Positions 13,345 through 26,693 of a stretch of 64,000 nt of DNA are shown one piece after another. Under the pieces are notes generated by a model. The model searched no databases, had not been told where the DNA came from, and worked only from the letters and a program-made list of their open reading frames with translations. A program made the position numbers and the translations under genes. Positions within the stretch are counted from its first letter, which is position 1. Each line of letters starts with the position of its first letter. Source of the DNA: Octopus sinensis (taxonomy: Eukaryota); assembly GCF_006345805.1 (NCBI RefSeq), contig NC_043008.1, positions 49,042,001 to 49,106,000 of the forward strand. Direction: 5' to 3'.

Positions 13345-14108
13345 AAAAAGATTCTCATTTGAGCGTGATCGTTACCAGTGTCACCTTACTGGCCACCTGT
13401 GCCGGTGGCATTTGTAAAAAGATTCAAGCGAGGTCATTGTCAGTACCGCCTGACTGGGCCCCTGTGCAGGTGACACGTAAAAGCACCCACTACACTCTCG
13501 GAGTGGTTGGCGTTAGGAAGGGCGTACAGCTGTAGAAACTCTGCCAGATCAAGATTGGAGCCTGGTGCAGCCATCTGGTTCGCCAGCCCTCAGTCAAAAT
13601 TGTCCAACCCATGCAAGCAGGGAAAGCAGATGTTAAACGATGATGATGATGTGTGTGTGTGTGTGTATGTTTGTGTGTCTGTGTCTGTCCCTCCCCCGCC
13701 TAACATTGCTTGACAACTGATGGTGGTGTGTTTATGTCCCTGTAACTTAGAGGTTCGACAAAAGAGACTGATAGAGTAAGTACTAGGCTTGCAAAGAATA
13801 AGTCCTGGGGTCGATTTGCTCGACTAAAGGTGGTGATCCAGCATGGCTGCAGTCAGATGACTGAAACAATTTTATGAAAGAATATATACATGCATTTGTC
13901 TGTCTGTCTCTGTGTCTGTACACACACACACAGACGGGTGCGAGAGATGTTTGAGAACATTTTTTGGGAAATTCGGTTAAATATTTTTAATCTAGCAAAA
14001 CCAAACAGTTTCTACATTTGGATGCCCTTCTTAATACCATTTCGTCATGTTGAACCATTAAGCCTTACACATTTCTTTTCCTCTCTCCATTTTTTTTCCC
14101 TCTTAATC

Positions 14109-14145
14109 CTTTCTCGAAGAAGAGTGTAGGCTTGAAATGTCAAAG
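14109..14145 (+). ncRNA. Degenerate minimal hammerhead motif (GUC triplet)
   Basis: cttt-CTCGAAGA-a-gagt(gtag)gctt-GAAAT-GTC-aaag; one-base insertion in the core plus C-to-T transitions. Confidence 0.4.
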
Positions 14146-14451
14146 ACTTTTCCATTCTTCCTGAGCGTTAAACCGATACACCCGCTTGTTGCTCCTTCAC
14201 CCGTCTTCTTCTTTAGTTTTCTGTAAATTTGAACTATATATATACATATATGTGTGTGTGTGTTTCTTTTTGTCCAGTAAACTTTTGAATATATATATAT
14301 ATATAGTGAGAAATTGAGGTAATAAAAGATAATGGTGTCAAGTAATGCTGAATATATGTGTTATAGACAGACCATAGTTGAGTTCCAGATTCGGTAATAT
14401 TGTGAATAAATGGTTTAATGTTGGTTCTATGTCAGTGTGTGTATATATGAT

Positions 14452-14601
14452 TTTTTTGCGTAATAAGATAAAAAACCAAGGCTGTATAGATATTAAAGCA
14501 TTTATAGATATTAAAGCATTTATAGATAGCTGGAAGACCTTCTATCTATAAATGCTCTAATATCTATACAGCCTTGGTTTGTTATCTTATTACGCAAAAA
14601 A
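14452..14601. repeat. Hairpin with about 60-bp arms and a short tandem duplication in the left arm
   Basis: tttttgcgtaataagata..ccaaggctgtatagatattaaagcatttatagata / tatctataaatgctctaatatctatacagccttgg..tatcttattacgcaaaaa. Confidence 0.85.
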
Positions 14602-14732
14602 TTCTTATATATATATATACATATAGTGAGAATTTACAAAAAAACAAAACAAAAGACAAAGACGGGTGTGTAAACAACAAACAGATGTATTAGTTTAATG
14701 CTCGGGAAGTGAGAAAGTCTTTTACGTTTGTG

Positions 14733-14818
<86 letters not shown>

Positions 14819-14922
14819 AGAGCTTTTCCTTAGGTGTGTGCAAATAGTATTTTTTCTATTTAAACATCTAATTTATTATTTCATGTTCTTTTATATATCA
14901 GGAACTTCAGACTTCGGTTAAT

Positions 14923-14979
14923 ATGGAAAATGAAGAAAAAGACACATGGACATACCTGACACATTCCGGTGAACTGAAC
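14923..14979 (+). CDS. CCPG1: CCPG1-like coding exon 1 (MENEEKDTWTYLTHSGELN), contains LIR WTYL
   Basis: Acceptor atcag ends at 14901, so an upstream UTR exon exists. ATG at 14923; donor GTATGT at 14980, phase 0. Confidence 0.8.
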
Positions 14980-17598
14980 GTATGTATTGCTACCATTATT
15001 CAGAATCAACTGAAAGACTGTTTCTTTATTTGCCATTCCAAAAACCAAAATAGTTCCTCTTGGTTCTAATCAATCAGGTTTCTAATCTGACTTGGCATGG
15101 TCTCTGTGGCTGGAGGCCCTTCTTAACGCCAACCACTCCAAGAGTGTTGTGAGGCTTTAAAATGCTTATAAAGCAACAGGCTATGATTTGTGATTAAAGC
15201 TTGTTCATTTCCATTTTCTTGTCTTATAAATTTTTTATATAAATTCTCCTCACAAAAATGGAGTTCCACATGTATTTAAAAGGAGTAACCCTGCTGTATG
15301 TTGGCATATGATAGCCGATAACTGTATTGGAGCTTTGAAATGCAGGTTATGAGATTATTACCCCAGATGATAATAAATAAATATATGCAATTATATATAT
15401 ATATATATATACACACATGCATTTCTAATGTTTTTCTTTGTTTTTTCAATCTTTCTCCTTTCAGGCTCTGAATCCCGATTTAGGTTCCCTCTCCAGCAGT
15501 TCCATTGAGTTCATCCAAGATGACACCGTACATTACGGCTGTAGGAAGAGGCGTGGCACTTCTGGTGACAAAGCGGAAGGTTCTGCAGATAACAAAGGTA
15601 CTGAAAAATTGTTTACCTCCTTTCTTTGTTCTTCTTATTTACCTGCTGTAAATCCTTTTATTCTCATTAAGTCTGCAGAGTTGTCTTGAAAGGGTCGTTG
15701 GGGCCTGCAATATGGCTGTTCATTTCTTAACTACTTCATGTAGAGCTAATCCACAGAGAGAGAAGGAGTACATTATGAGATGTGGCCTACCCCTGCTTCA
15801 GATGGTACCTTTGATTAAAAAGGAAATTTCATTGCTATTTCTAACAGGTAAATTGACCATGTAGGAGTTTCCTTATTGGCCTGTATATATATATATATTT
15901 AAGTTAAGTTAATTTTTTGGCTCAAAAAGCAAAAGGCAAGGCCTTGTAGGGGGACATGGAGTTATGTACAGGGAGGGTGTTCATGCAAAGAGTTCCGGCC
16001 ATTTCTGGTCAAGAGAAACTTTGAACCGAGCGGTCGTCAGCCTCTTCACTATCTCGTCTGGCAGCTTATTCCACGGATCCGCAACCCGGACGGAGAAAGT
16101 CCCTTTCTTTCGATTGAGATGAAATCATCGCAGATAGAGCTTTTCAGAGTGACCCCGCAGCCGACTCTCTGGAGCAGGAGTGAAGAACAGCTCTTTCGAG
16201 AGGTTACACTTTCCGCTTATGATGTTGTGAGCAAGAATGAGATCACCATGGTGTCATCGTTTTTCTAGAGAATAAATCATCATCATCATCATCATCATTT
16301 AACATCCGTTTTCCACGCTAGCATGGGTTGGACGGTTCGATCGGGGTCTGGGAAGCCAGGGACTGCACCAGGCTCCAGTCTGATCTGGCAGAGTTTCTAC
16401 GGCTGGATGCCCTTCCTAACGCCAACCACTCTGCGAGTGTAGTGGGTGCTTTTTACGTGCCACCTGCACAGGTGCCAGGGGGGATCCAGCATTGGCCACG
16501 TTCGGAAGGTGCTTTTTATGTGCCACTGGCACGGAAGCCAGTCGGGGCGGCGCTGGCATCGGCCACGTTCGGATGGTGCGTTTTATGTGCCACTGGCACA
16601 GAAGCCAGTCGGGGCGGCGCTGGCATTGGCCATGTTCGGATGGTGCTTTTTATGTGCCACCGGCACAGAAGCCAGTCGAGTTGGCGCTGGCTACTAGTAT
16701 CTACTGGCTACTAAATATATCTTAATATATATAGTCACAGTATACATATAGCATAGAAATGTAGAATGTGTATTTACAGTTAATAGCTGAGAAATCCAAC
16801 ATCGTTGGCTCATTATGTTATTATCTCTGTTATCTGTTTCATTTCAGATGAGGTAGAAGAAGAAGAAGAAGATGAAGAAGATGAAGCAGCAGCTGAAGAA
16901 GAAGACCCTATTGAATTCATTGACTTCCCTGATAATGTTTCCAGCAATGATTTCATCCCCTTACGGCAACTTCCTCTCAACCAACCTGAATTGTCTGCAT
17001 CGCATTCAACGGAAAAAGCCTCACCTTTATCGCTGGATGGTTCTGAGTAGGTTTTGCATATTTTCTCTCTTCTCTGTTGAGGGCTGAGTATCTCTCATCA
17101 TCCTCATCACCATTATTATTATTATTATTGTTCTTGTTGTTATTAATATTATCATTATTAACCCTTTAGTGTTCAGATTATTCTATCAAACATAATGCCT
17201 ATTGATTCCCATTGATTTGAATTAATCATGCATTATCTCATATCTTCAAGATCTTGATGGTGTAATTACTTAATGTAGAATAACATTGTAGGGTAGGTGT
17301 GAGAGCCTGGATCTGGTCAGTTTGAACATAAAACAGACTAGCTATTTTGGCCGGATATGGCCAGTTTGAATACTAAAGGGTTAAGGTGGCAAGCTGGCAG
17401 AAACGTTAGCACGCCAGGTGAAATGCTTAGCGGTATTTCGTCTGTCTTTATGTTCTGAGTTCAAATTCTGCCAAGGTCGACTTTGCCTTTCATCCTTTCA
17501 TGGAGTTGATAAAATTAGTACCAGTTATGCACTGGGATCAATGTAATCGACTTAATCCCTTCCTCCACATTTGAATCCTTGTGCTTCCAGTAGAAAGG

Positions 17599-17632
<34 letters not shown>

Positions 17633-20600
17633 TTATGGTGGTGAGCTGTCAGAATCGTTAGCATGCTGGACGAAATGCTTAGTCTTTTGGGGTCAATAAA
17701 TTAAGTACCAGTTGTGTACTAGGGGAGAATGTAATTGACTTATCCCCTCCTGCCAAGAATGGTTGCCCTTGTGGAAAAATTCGAAACCATTATTATTATG
17801 GAGTAAAGATTATTTGCCAACATAACATGCAGTCCTGGTTTAGGACTAATGTTGCTGTAATTTAGCCCCAGGAGACATCGTCTCCAGCTGAATATACAAC
17901 ATGATCAGTGTCTTATTTTCGAACAAGGGAATCTAGTACCCCAACTCAGCTCAAAACAATATCTGTGTATTGTGATTTCCGGGTTATTTCCCTTCATCAG
18001 CACAGAATAATTGTCTTCTTATGTTTTGAAAGGGGAATGTATTTCACTTGAAATCTATATGTTTTCAAGGGTGAATAAGCATCGACAGGTAGCAAGCCAT
18101 GCTACCCCAGACTGATGATGAGCAAGGACTCTGAAACTAGTCTCTGGATGCTGGATTTGCTGATCGGAGGTGTTTATCTCCTCCTTTGAAAACATAAGGA
18201 CACATGAAATGTGTCAAGTCCAACAGGAAACGGTGTTTCCTAGGGCTAAATAACAGTAACATTCTTCCCTTTCATGGGACTGCCACATTAAGTTGGCAAT
18301 ATACCATCACGTTATGTATATAAGTATGCATATATAGGCGTAGGAGTGGCTGTGTGGTAAGTAGCTTGCTTACGAACTACATGGTTCTGGGTTCAGTCCC
18401 ACTGCGTGGCACCTTGGGCAAGTATCTTCGGAAACTGAAAGAAGCCCGTCATATGTATATATATATGTATGTATGTGTGTGTATATGTTTTATGTGTCTG
18501 TGTTTGTCCCCCAACATCGCTTGACAACCGATGCTGGTGTGTTTATGTCCAAGTAACTTAGCAGTTCGGCAAAAGAGGCCGATAGAATAAGTACTAGGCT
18601 TACAAAGATTAAGTCCTGGGGCCGATTTGCTCAACTAAAGGTGGTGCTCTAGCATGGCTGCAGTCAAATGACTGAAACAAATAAAAGAGTATATACACAC
18701 ACACACACACAAACACACATGTATATGCACATAGAAACATACATATACATACGCGTGTACATTGATTTATTTATTGTTTAAGCATTTTGTATTTCACTTT
18801 TGCTGTACCATTATGATTTCTTTTTTTTTTTTTTCTTTTACCAATTTCAGAGATTCTTCTGAATCAGTGACAGTGCTTTCAGTACCAAACTCTGACATAG
18901 GTAAGCTGGGACTGGTCATTTCACAAAGATCTATCACCTGCATTACTAATTCCTTGATGTGTGTGCATGTATCTCTCTCTCTACCTGTGTTTGTGTGTCT
19001 TTGAGTGGGTGGGTACATACATGATGCTTAGATAAGGAAGAACTCAATACATTAGAGAATGTAGAGTATATTCACTTTTATTTTGAATATAATCCTTATG
19101 CCTTCTGAAGAGGCATGGCTCAGTGGTTAGAGCATTGAGCTTACGAGCATGAGGTTGTGAGTTTGAATCCCAAACTGGGCTGCATGTTGTGTTCTTGAGC
19201 AAGACACTTTATTTCACGTTGCTCCAGCTCACTCAGCTGTAGAAATGAGTTGCAACGTCACAGGTGCCAAGCTGTATCGGCCCCTTTGCCTTTCCCTTGG
19301 ATAACACTGGTGGCGTGGAGCGGGGAGGCTGGTATGCATGGGCGACTGCTGGTCTTCCATAAACAACCTTGACTGGAGTTATGCCTGGGAGGGTAACTTA
19401 CTAGGTGCAATCCCATGGTCAGTCATGACCGAAGGGGTCTCAGCAATCCTTACAACAGGACAAGTATTTCAAGCCTCATACCTGTCATCTTGTTCATCAT
19501 CATCATCTGTCTGCTTTCCATGCTGGCATGGGTTGGACGGTTTCACTGAAAACTGGTTAGCCAGGAAGCTGCCCCAGGTTCCAATCTGATTTGGCAAGAT
19601 TCCTATGGCTGGATGCCCTTCCTAATGCCAACCACACAGAGAGTGTAGTGGGTGTCTTTTACATGCCACTGGCACAGGTGCCAATGACTTAATTATTAAA
19701 AATAATGCCTATCCTTTAGGATTTATGTTTGGATTTGTAAAACCTCATATCTTCCCATACTGGTGTTATTTCCAAATATATTTAAACACAAATCGATACA
19801 GATTTGGATTGAGTGCCACTTGGTATCTTTTATCGTCAACCATCTGTAGAAGACTGCATCCAAAATCCTCGTCTGACCTATGTCAGCATGGAAAAAAACA
19901 GTTGTAAGAATTTGAAGGTTAAATGGAAATGGAATAGCATCATTAGCATCATTAGCGTCATCATTAATATCTTTCTCTGTCCTTGTTTCCTTATATGCCT
20001 AGGTCAGGTAGAATTTGTTGAGGCAGATTTCCCGCAGCTGGATGCTCTTCCTGTCACCATACCCTCACCTGTTTCCAAGCAAGGCCAGGCATGTTACCCA
20101 CACAAGACTGGATATGAGCAACACCACTTGTCTATCACTGATGTTCTCATCTCTATGTATTTGTGTGATTTATTGGTCAAAGCATATTACCAATTTTTTG
20201 AACTCCACGTTCTCTTCTATGCGAAGAGCAATTGTATTATTCTATGCTCCTTCTGTATTTCATTCCAAAATTTTGAACACAAGTATGGAGATAAGTTTTT
20301 ACATTCATTCAATACATCTTACACATATTCCATTAACAATATTTGTTATATAAGCAAACACCTCATAAACACATTATATCGTAAAACTGTCGGGTTGCAC
20401 AACAAATTTAAATTAAAGTTATATAATGGATATTGGACTGTGTTACATTGCTTTGCTGTGTGAAAAATGCCACACCCTAGCATGTGAGGGAACCTGTGGA
20501 AGAGGTAGACCCAAGAAGACCTGGGATGAGGTGGTGAAGCATGACATTTGAACATTAGGTTTCACAGAGGTAATGACTACTGACTGAGACCTTTGGAAAT

Positions 20601-23600
20601 ATACTGTGCTTGAGAAGAACCAGCAAGCCAAGTGAGACCATAACCTGTGGCTTATGCCAGGAGTGTAACCAGCCCACTTATGCATACCTTTCCTTCATTG
20701 GACACTAAACTCTGGTTGTGAAGACCTGTTGAGGCAAGTAAAATCTAAACCAAAATAGCTGATGTGGCCGATGACAGTACCGCCTGATTGGCACTCGTGC
20801 CAGTGGTACGTTAATAGCCCATCTGAGCTTGATCATTGCCAGGGCCACAGATTGGCTTCCGTGCCGGTGGCATGTAAAAAGCACCATTCGAGCATGATCG
20901 TTGCCAGTGCCGTCAGACTGGCTCCCGTGCAGGTAGCACATAAAAGACACCTTTTGAGTGTGGTGATTGCCAGAACCACCTGACTGGCTCTCATGCTGGT
21001 GGCACATAAAAGCATCCACTACACTCTTGGAGTGGTTGACTTCAGGAAGGGCATCCAGCTGTAGAAACTTTGCCAGATGAGATTGAGCCTGGTGCAGCCT
21101 TCTGGCTCACCAGTCCTCAGTCAAACCATCCAACCCATGCCAGCATGGAAAGCACACATTAAACGATGATGATGATGATGATGTATCAACAAATGCTGTC
21201 CAATATCCTTTAGTAACCTTATATTATGCAGCCTCTGATGATTTGATGATATAATCTGTTTATGAGGTATTCATTATATAACAATTATTGTTGTTAATGA
21301 AATACATGTAAGATGTATTGAATAAGCATAAAACCCTGATAATTCCCCCCCCACCTCTTCATTGCTCTCAATCGGTAACAGTTGAACACCATGTTATGAT
21401 TATAATGTTGTAATAATCTGATACTCTCTCCTAAAGTGACTGACAGTAAGATACCAGATGTGCAGGAAGTAAAAATTTGTTTATATAATATTTGCTGAGT
21501 GAACATTGCTTTATTCATGCTAATTTGCTTTTATTTTACTTCAGTTTTAAGAAGTTAATGTTTCAGATTATTCACCTGGTTTTTCAGATGAAAGATCCTT
21601 CAATATTTGCACCTGCTCAATGTAATTATCACCATCAGGTGTCTTGTTCCAAATGTGTGTACATTGTACCAGACAGGATTCGAACAAGCAACCACTATGT
21701 TTAAGCTAAGAATAATAATGCAATAAAGATTGTTTGCCAACATAACACGGCAGTCCTGGTTTAGGACGAATGTTGCTGTAATTTAGCCCCAGGAGACATC
21801 GTCTCCAGCTGGCTAATATGACATGATCTGTGTCCTTATATTTTCAAACAAGGGAATCTAGCACCCCCAGCTCAAAATAATATCTGTGTATTGTGATTTC
21901 TGGGTTATTTCCCTTCAGATTGTGTCGTATAGCCAGATGAAGACGATGTCTCCTGGGGCTAAATTACAGCAACATTCATCCTAAACCAGGACTGTCATGT
22001 TATGTTGGCAAACAATCTTTACTACAAAGTACCGTTGCTGAATATTTCCCATTGTGAGATTTAAAAATAGTAATTTTCTAAGGATAATAATGTTCTTATG
22101 CTGTATTTATACTACAGAATATATCTATAGATTTTTAACCTAAACTGTATGTATAGTGACCCAGCAAATCAAGTGAGGTCACAGCTGTTACCTATACCAG
22201 TGTCGCATAACCAGCCCACTCAAAAGTACCTTGGATCGTAGGGTGATATGCTGTGATTGAGCAGACCTATTGAGTCAAATACATCAAAACTAAAATCAAA
22301 TGGAAATTGTAGTTCTGATCCCTGTGCCTGTGGTACATAAAAAGCACCATCTGAACATGACCGATGCCAGCGCTGCCTTGACTGGCTTCCGTGCTGGTGG
22401 CACATAAAAAGCACCAACCAATCGTGGTCATTGCCAGCCCCCTCTGTGTTTATATTTGTCTATATATATATATATACATAAAATGTTGGCTAAAAATCTT
22501 TATGTATGCATTCTATAGTGCAATATCAGCATTAGAACTAAACACTGTTAACGAACCAGCAACTTAGTAATTAAACTAGCTGTCAAGTATTTAAAGTATA
22601 TTCAAATCAGTCTATCTAATTCATTTAAAACTTTTATCAAAAATGGGTTTATAAGAGGTGTCTCTGTGGATAGTCAGAGAGGGTACTCAGTTGCCAATGA
22701 AATCAAAACATGGTCCTTTTCCTCTCTTTAAATATTATTTATTAAGAGACAAGATATTTTTCACATGTATTACATAGGAGCACTCTGTCGATTATGACGA
22801 CAAGGGTCCCAGCTGATCTGATCAACAGAACAGCTTGCTTGTGAAATTAAAGGTGCAAGTGACTGAGCAATCCACAGACACGTGTACCCCTAGCGTAGTT
22901 CTCAGTGAGATTCAGCATGACACAGAGTGTGACAAGGCTGGCCCTTTGAAATACAGGTACTACTCATTTATGCCAGCTGAGTGGACTGGAGCAACATGAA
23001 AATAAAGTGTCTTGCCCAAGGACACAATGTGTCGCCGGAAATTGAACTCATGACCTTACAACCGTGAGCCAATGGCCCTAACCACTAAGCCACGCACCTT
23101 CATGTGATGGTTAAAATCTATTGGTATGTTCTGTAGTGTTCTGGAGTATAGTGCAGCATTGAAACGAAACACTGTTAATGAAACAGTAATTTTATAAGGT
23201 ATTTTAACTCAGCAGGCCATTAAGTACACGTTACTTGTCTGATAGATAAGAAACTAACTTGAGAAATGTAGTTTTTAAGTTCATATCCAATCTGGTTCAA
23301 TGAATGTATACACCCATCCAGGGATAAGATACCTGATGACATCATCCAATGATATATATATATATACACACACATACATGCATACATATGAAGTCTGATT
23401 AAAAAGTATCAGAAATGTTGCTAAATGGCGGTGCCCCAGCATGGCCACAGCTCATAAGCTGAAACTAGAATCAATCAATCAATCATAGTAACATAGCTAG
23501 AGTATGCAGAATGAAACTGCTTGGCACAGACTGACCTTGAACTCTGTCACACATGCACACTAAGTTATAACGTTTTCGCTCTCTTCCGCTGTTTGTAGCA

Positions 23601-26287
23601 GTGATTGGAAGTAAAGTGTGTAGAGTGGGGTCATCTCGAAAAGAAGGTCAGGGTTTTGGCTGTGCAGGGTCTCCTTGGTCGGGGAAAACAAAAAACATTT
23701 TGAAAACGGTCATAACAAGTAATGACTCATGGTTCTATGGCTATGATGCCAAAACCAAGGCTCAGTCTTCACAGTGGGTGACCCTTACAAGATTTCCTCA
23801 AGATGTTGAGGAAATCCGAGGGGATGCAATGAGGTTGCTTGTTGATTAGCCCCCAAAAAGGGAGTTCCAAGAATGCTTCCAGCAATGGAAATGAGACTGA
23901 AGAAAGCACGTGATTTCAAAAGGGGATAATTTCGAAGGAGATTAAATGTTGTAATTTTCTTTTTATAGCACCAGTCCTGTAACTTTTTCATCAGACCTCA
24001 TATACACACATATATACACATGCATCTATGTCTTCCTGAATGGATAAAAACTGAAAGAAGCATCTTTCATCTTCAAATTGTTCTGTCTCATTGTTCACAG
24101 ACTCCCTTCAGTCATTTATGATGTATTTAAATAATGGCTTTTCTCCAGCTTTTCTTCTTGGATTTTTTATTTATTTATCTATCTTTGTTTTTGATTTTGA
24201 TTTTTACATTTTTGGTTTCTTTCACTCTTATTGGAAATATCTGGGTTTTTTTTGGGTTTTTTTTCACTTCCTAAACTTTTTTTTTTGTATGTTTAAACTG
24301 TCTCCTGGGGCCAAATTACAGCAACATTCGTCCTAAACCAGTGCTGCCATGCTATGTTAGCAAACAATCATTACGGCAATTAAACTGTTATATAATTTCA
24401 GTGTTTGTGTAAAATACGTCTTTTGTTAAAAGAAAGACTGTTCTTACGATTTGCAATGTCTCTTTTGGAATCCATCTTTATGAAAGAGAAAGAGAATTAT
24501 TAATGAAGATAGATTATTTCAAAGAAGGGCTTCCCTGAGACATGGACTGTAATTGAAAGGTATCCCTAGGATGAAATGGTTGTAAAATGTTGGGTGTCAG
24601 ACTTGAGGTGGATGTAAGCAAGGTCGACTTGGACGGTGCTTTGTTTTATTCCGTACGTGAAAATATATTAATAGTGCAGGGAATATTAAAGGGTTAGTTT
24701 TTTTTAGCCAAGAGAGGTTCAGAGCCTATGACTCCTTAACAGGGCCTCTGTGACAGATGTGATAGAGGGAAGAAGGTATCCTTAAATGGGAAACTTGGTT
24801 CGAATGTTTGCAACTAAGTGAATTCCATTAAAGCTACTCAGATGACCACGTGATGGGGTTAAAACTGAAGAACAGATAAAGCATCCAATGCAAGTGGGGG
24901 CTTTAGTTGTTGTTTAGCCCCAGGCCAACCATAATTGAGCAGACCTGTAATTATAGGCATCCCAACCATGACCAGATCCCTCTTTTTGTATATCTAACCC
25001 TTTAGCGGTCAGATTACTCTGTCAAATGTAAAGCTTGTTTTCTCACATTGTTTTCAATTAATCAGGCTATATTGGTGATGTGAGTGTATATTTTTAGAGT
25101 GACATTGTAGGGTAGGTGTAAGAGGTCAAATGTGGTCAGTCTGAACATAAAACTGCTAGAATATTTAGGCCAGATATGATGGCTGGTTTAAATGCTAAGG
25201 AGTTAAGACAACCCTGTCTAGTGTGTCCTTTCTTTTAAAAGACAAATTGAGGGACAGAATTTGAGGGAGATTGGCTGCTATTTCTTGCAGATTGAGTAAC
25301 AGCATAGAGGCTGCCTCATCAGGTCAGGAGTGCTGTTGTTGTTGTGTTAAGCAACAAGACAGATAAGGGTGATTAGGTGATGGTCTAGGACTTAGAGGCA
25401 GGAGACCCCAGACCTAGAAAAAAAAACTTTGGTTGTCTTGTTGTAGTCGAGGGCTCTTCATTGACGCCTGACACCACTTGGAGGTGGCCCTTGAAGTCAC
25501 TGGAAATGGAGATCTCCAGGTCCAAGTTCTTGGACGGTGGTCAGGAGTGCTTGTCACAGACAGTACTTTGATTGGAGTAGATGGTGTTGACATATTACAG
25601 ATGTTTATGGTAATTAGTGCTAACAAAACCTGCTTCAGCTTGGCTTGCTATATTTACTTGTTTATTATCATCATCATCATATCATCATCACCATCATCAT
25701 CATCAGGTCATTAAGAATAAAATGTCCAATTTTGAACTGAAAGTTTATTTTACTTTATCTCAACAAAAAGCAATGCAGTTTATCAAAATATGCACCTAAA
25801 TTATCAACACAATTTGGCCATTTTTTCGGTAGCTTATTTATGCCGGCAGCGAAGAATTCTGGAGAGCAAGAGGTGATGAAATCAGGAAAGGCTGTTTTTG
25901 CATCTTCTTCAGATTTGAAGTTTTTTCCTTGCAAAAAGTTGTCTAATGCCTGGAAAATGTGAAAGTCAGTTGGTGCCAGGTCTGGTGAATATGGTGGATG
26001 ACAGAGTACTTCCAAGTTCAGTTCCTGTAACTTGAGTAGCGTTCTTTGTGCAACATGTGGTCAAGCATTGTCTTGCAAGAGAACTGGCCTGTCTCTATTG
26101 ACCAATCTTGGTCGTTTAATTGCAAGTTCACTCATCATTTTATCCAGTTGGTTGATGTATACCTCTGCTGTAATTGACTTACCAGGTCTCATAAAGCTGT
26201 AGTGGTTGACACAAGCGCTGAACCACCAAACAGACGCCATTAGTTCCCTCCCACAAAATTTCAGGCCTTGTGCCTATAGTAGAAAGG

Positions 26288-26328
<41 letters not shown>

Positions 26329-26660
26329 CATTATCATTGCCTTTGCACAGCTTCTAATGCTGGAGATGTGCTACAGCATCAGCTGTTCATTACCACTGAA
26401 CTAAGGTAACACCTCTTATTTTTCAAGCACCTTCTGGGCGGTTCCAAGCAGTGCTGTTTTCTGCAAGTGCTCCACCCTTACTGCAGCCCCTATTTGTTCC
26501 ACGTACCTCTTGTGATTTTTACTCACTGTTCCCAGGGCTCCGACAATTATTGGTACTACTGCCACCTTTTTCATCAACCACAACTGCTTTACTTCCCAAG
26601 CTAACCTGTCATATCTCTCGACTTTTCTTTCTTATCGCATACCTTCTTATTATTATTATC

Positions 26661-26693
<33 letters not shown>

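Noticed and set aside
19813-20463. 216-aa ORF
   Set aside because: Mosaic of a SINE fragment and AT-rich intron; no splice context or known motif.
21567-21704. Possible extra CCPG1-like exon (acceptors at 21566 and 21587)
   Set aside because: The phase-1 frame stops at about 21625. The only good donor (GTAATT) is phase 2, with no compatible downstream exon. Exons 4 and 5 join directly.
24380-24650. Possible degraded Penelope GIY-YIG C-terminus on the minus strand next to the PLE-like core
   Set aside because: Only vague resemblance across frameshifts and stops; it needs a BLASTX or HMM search.
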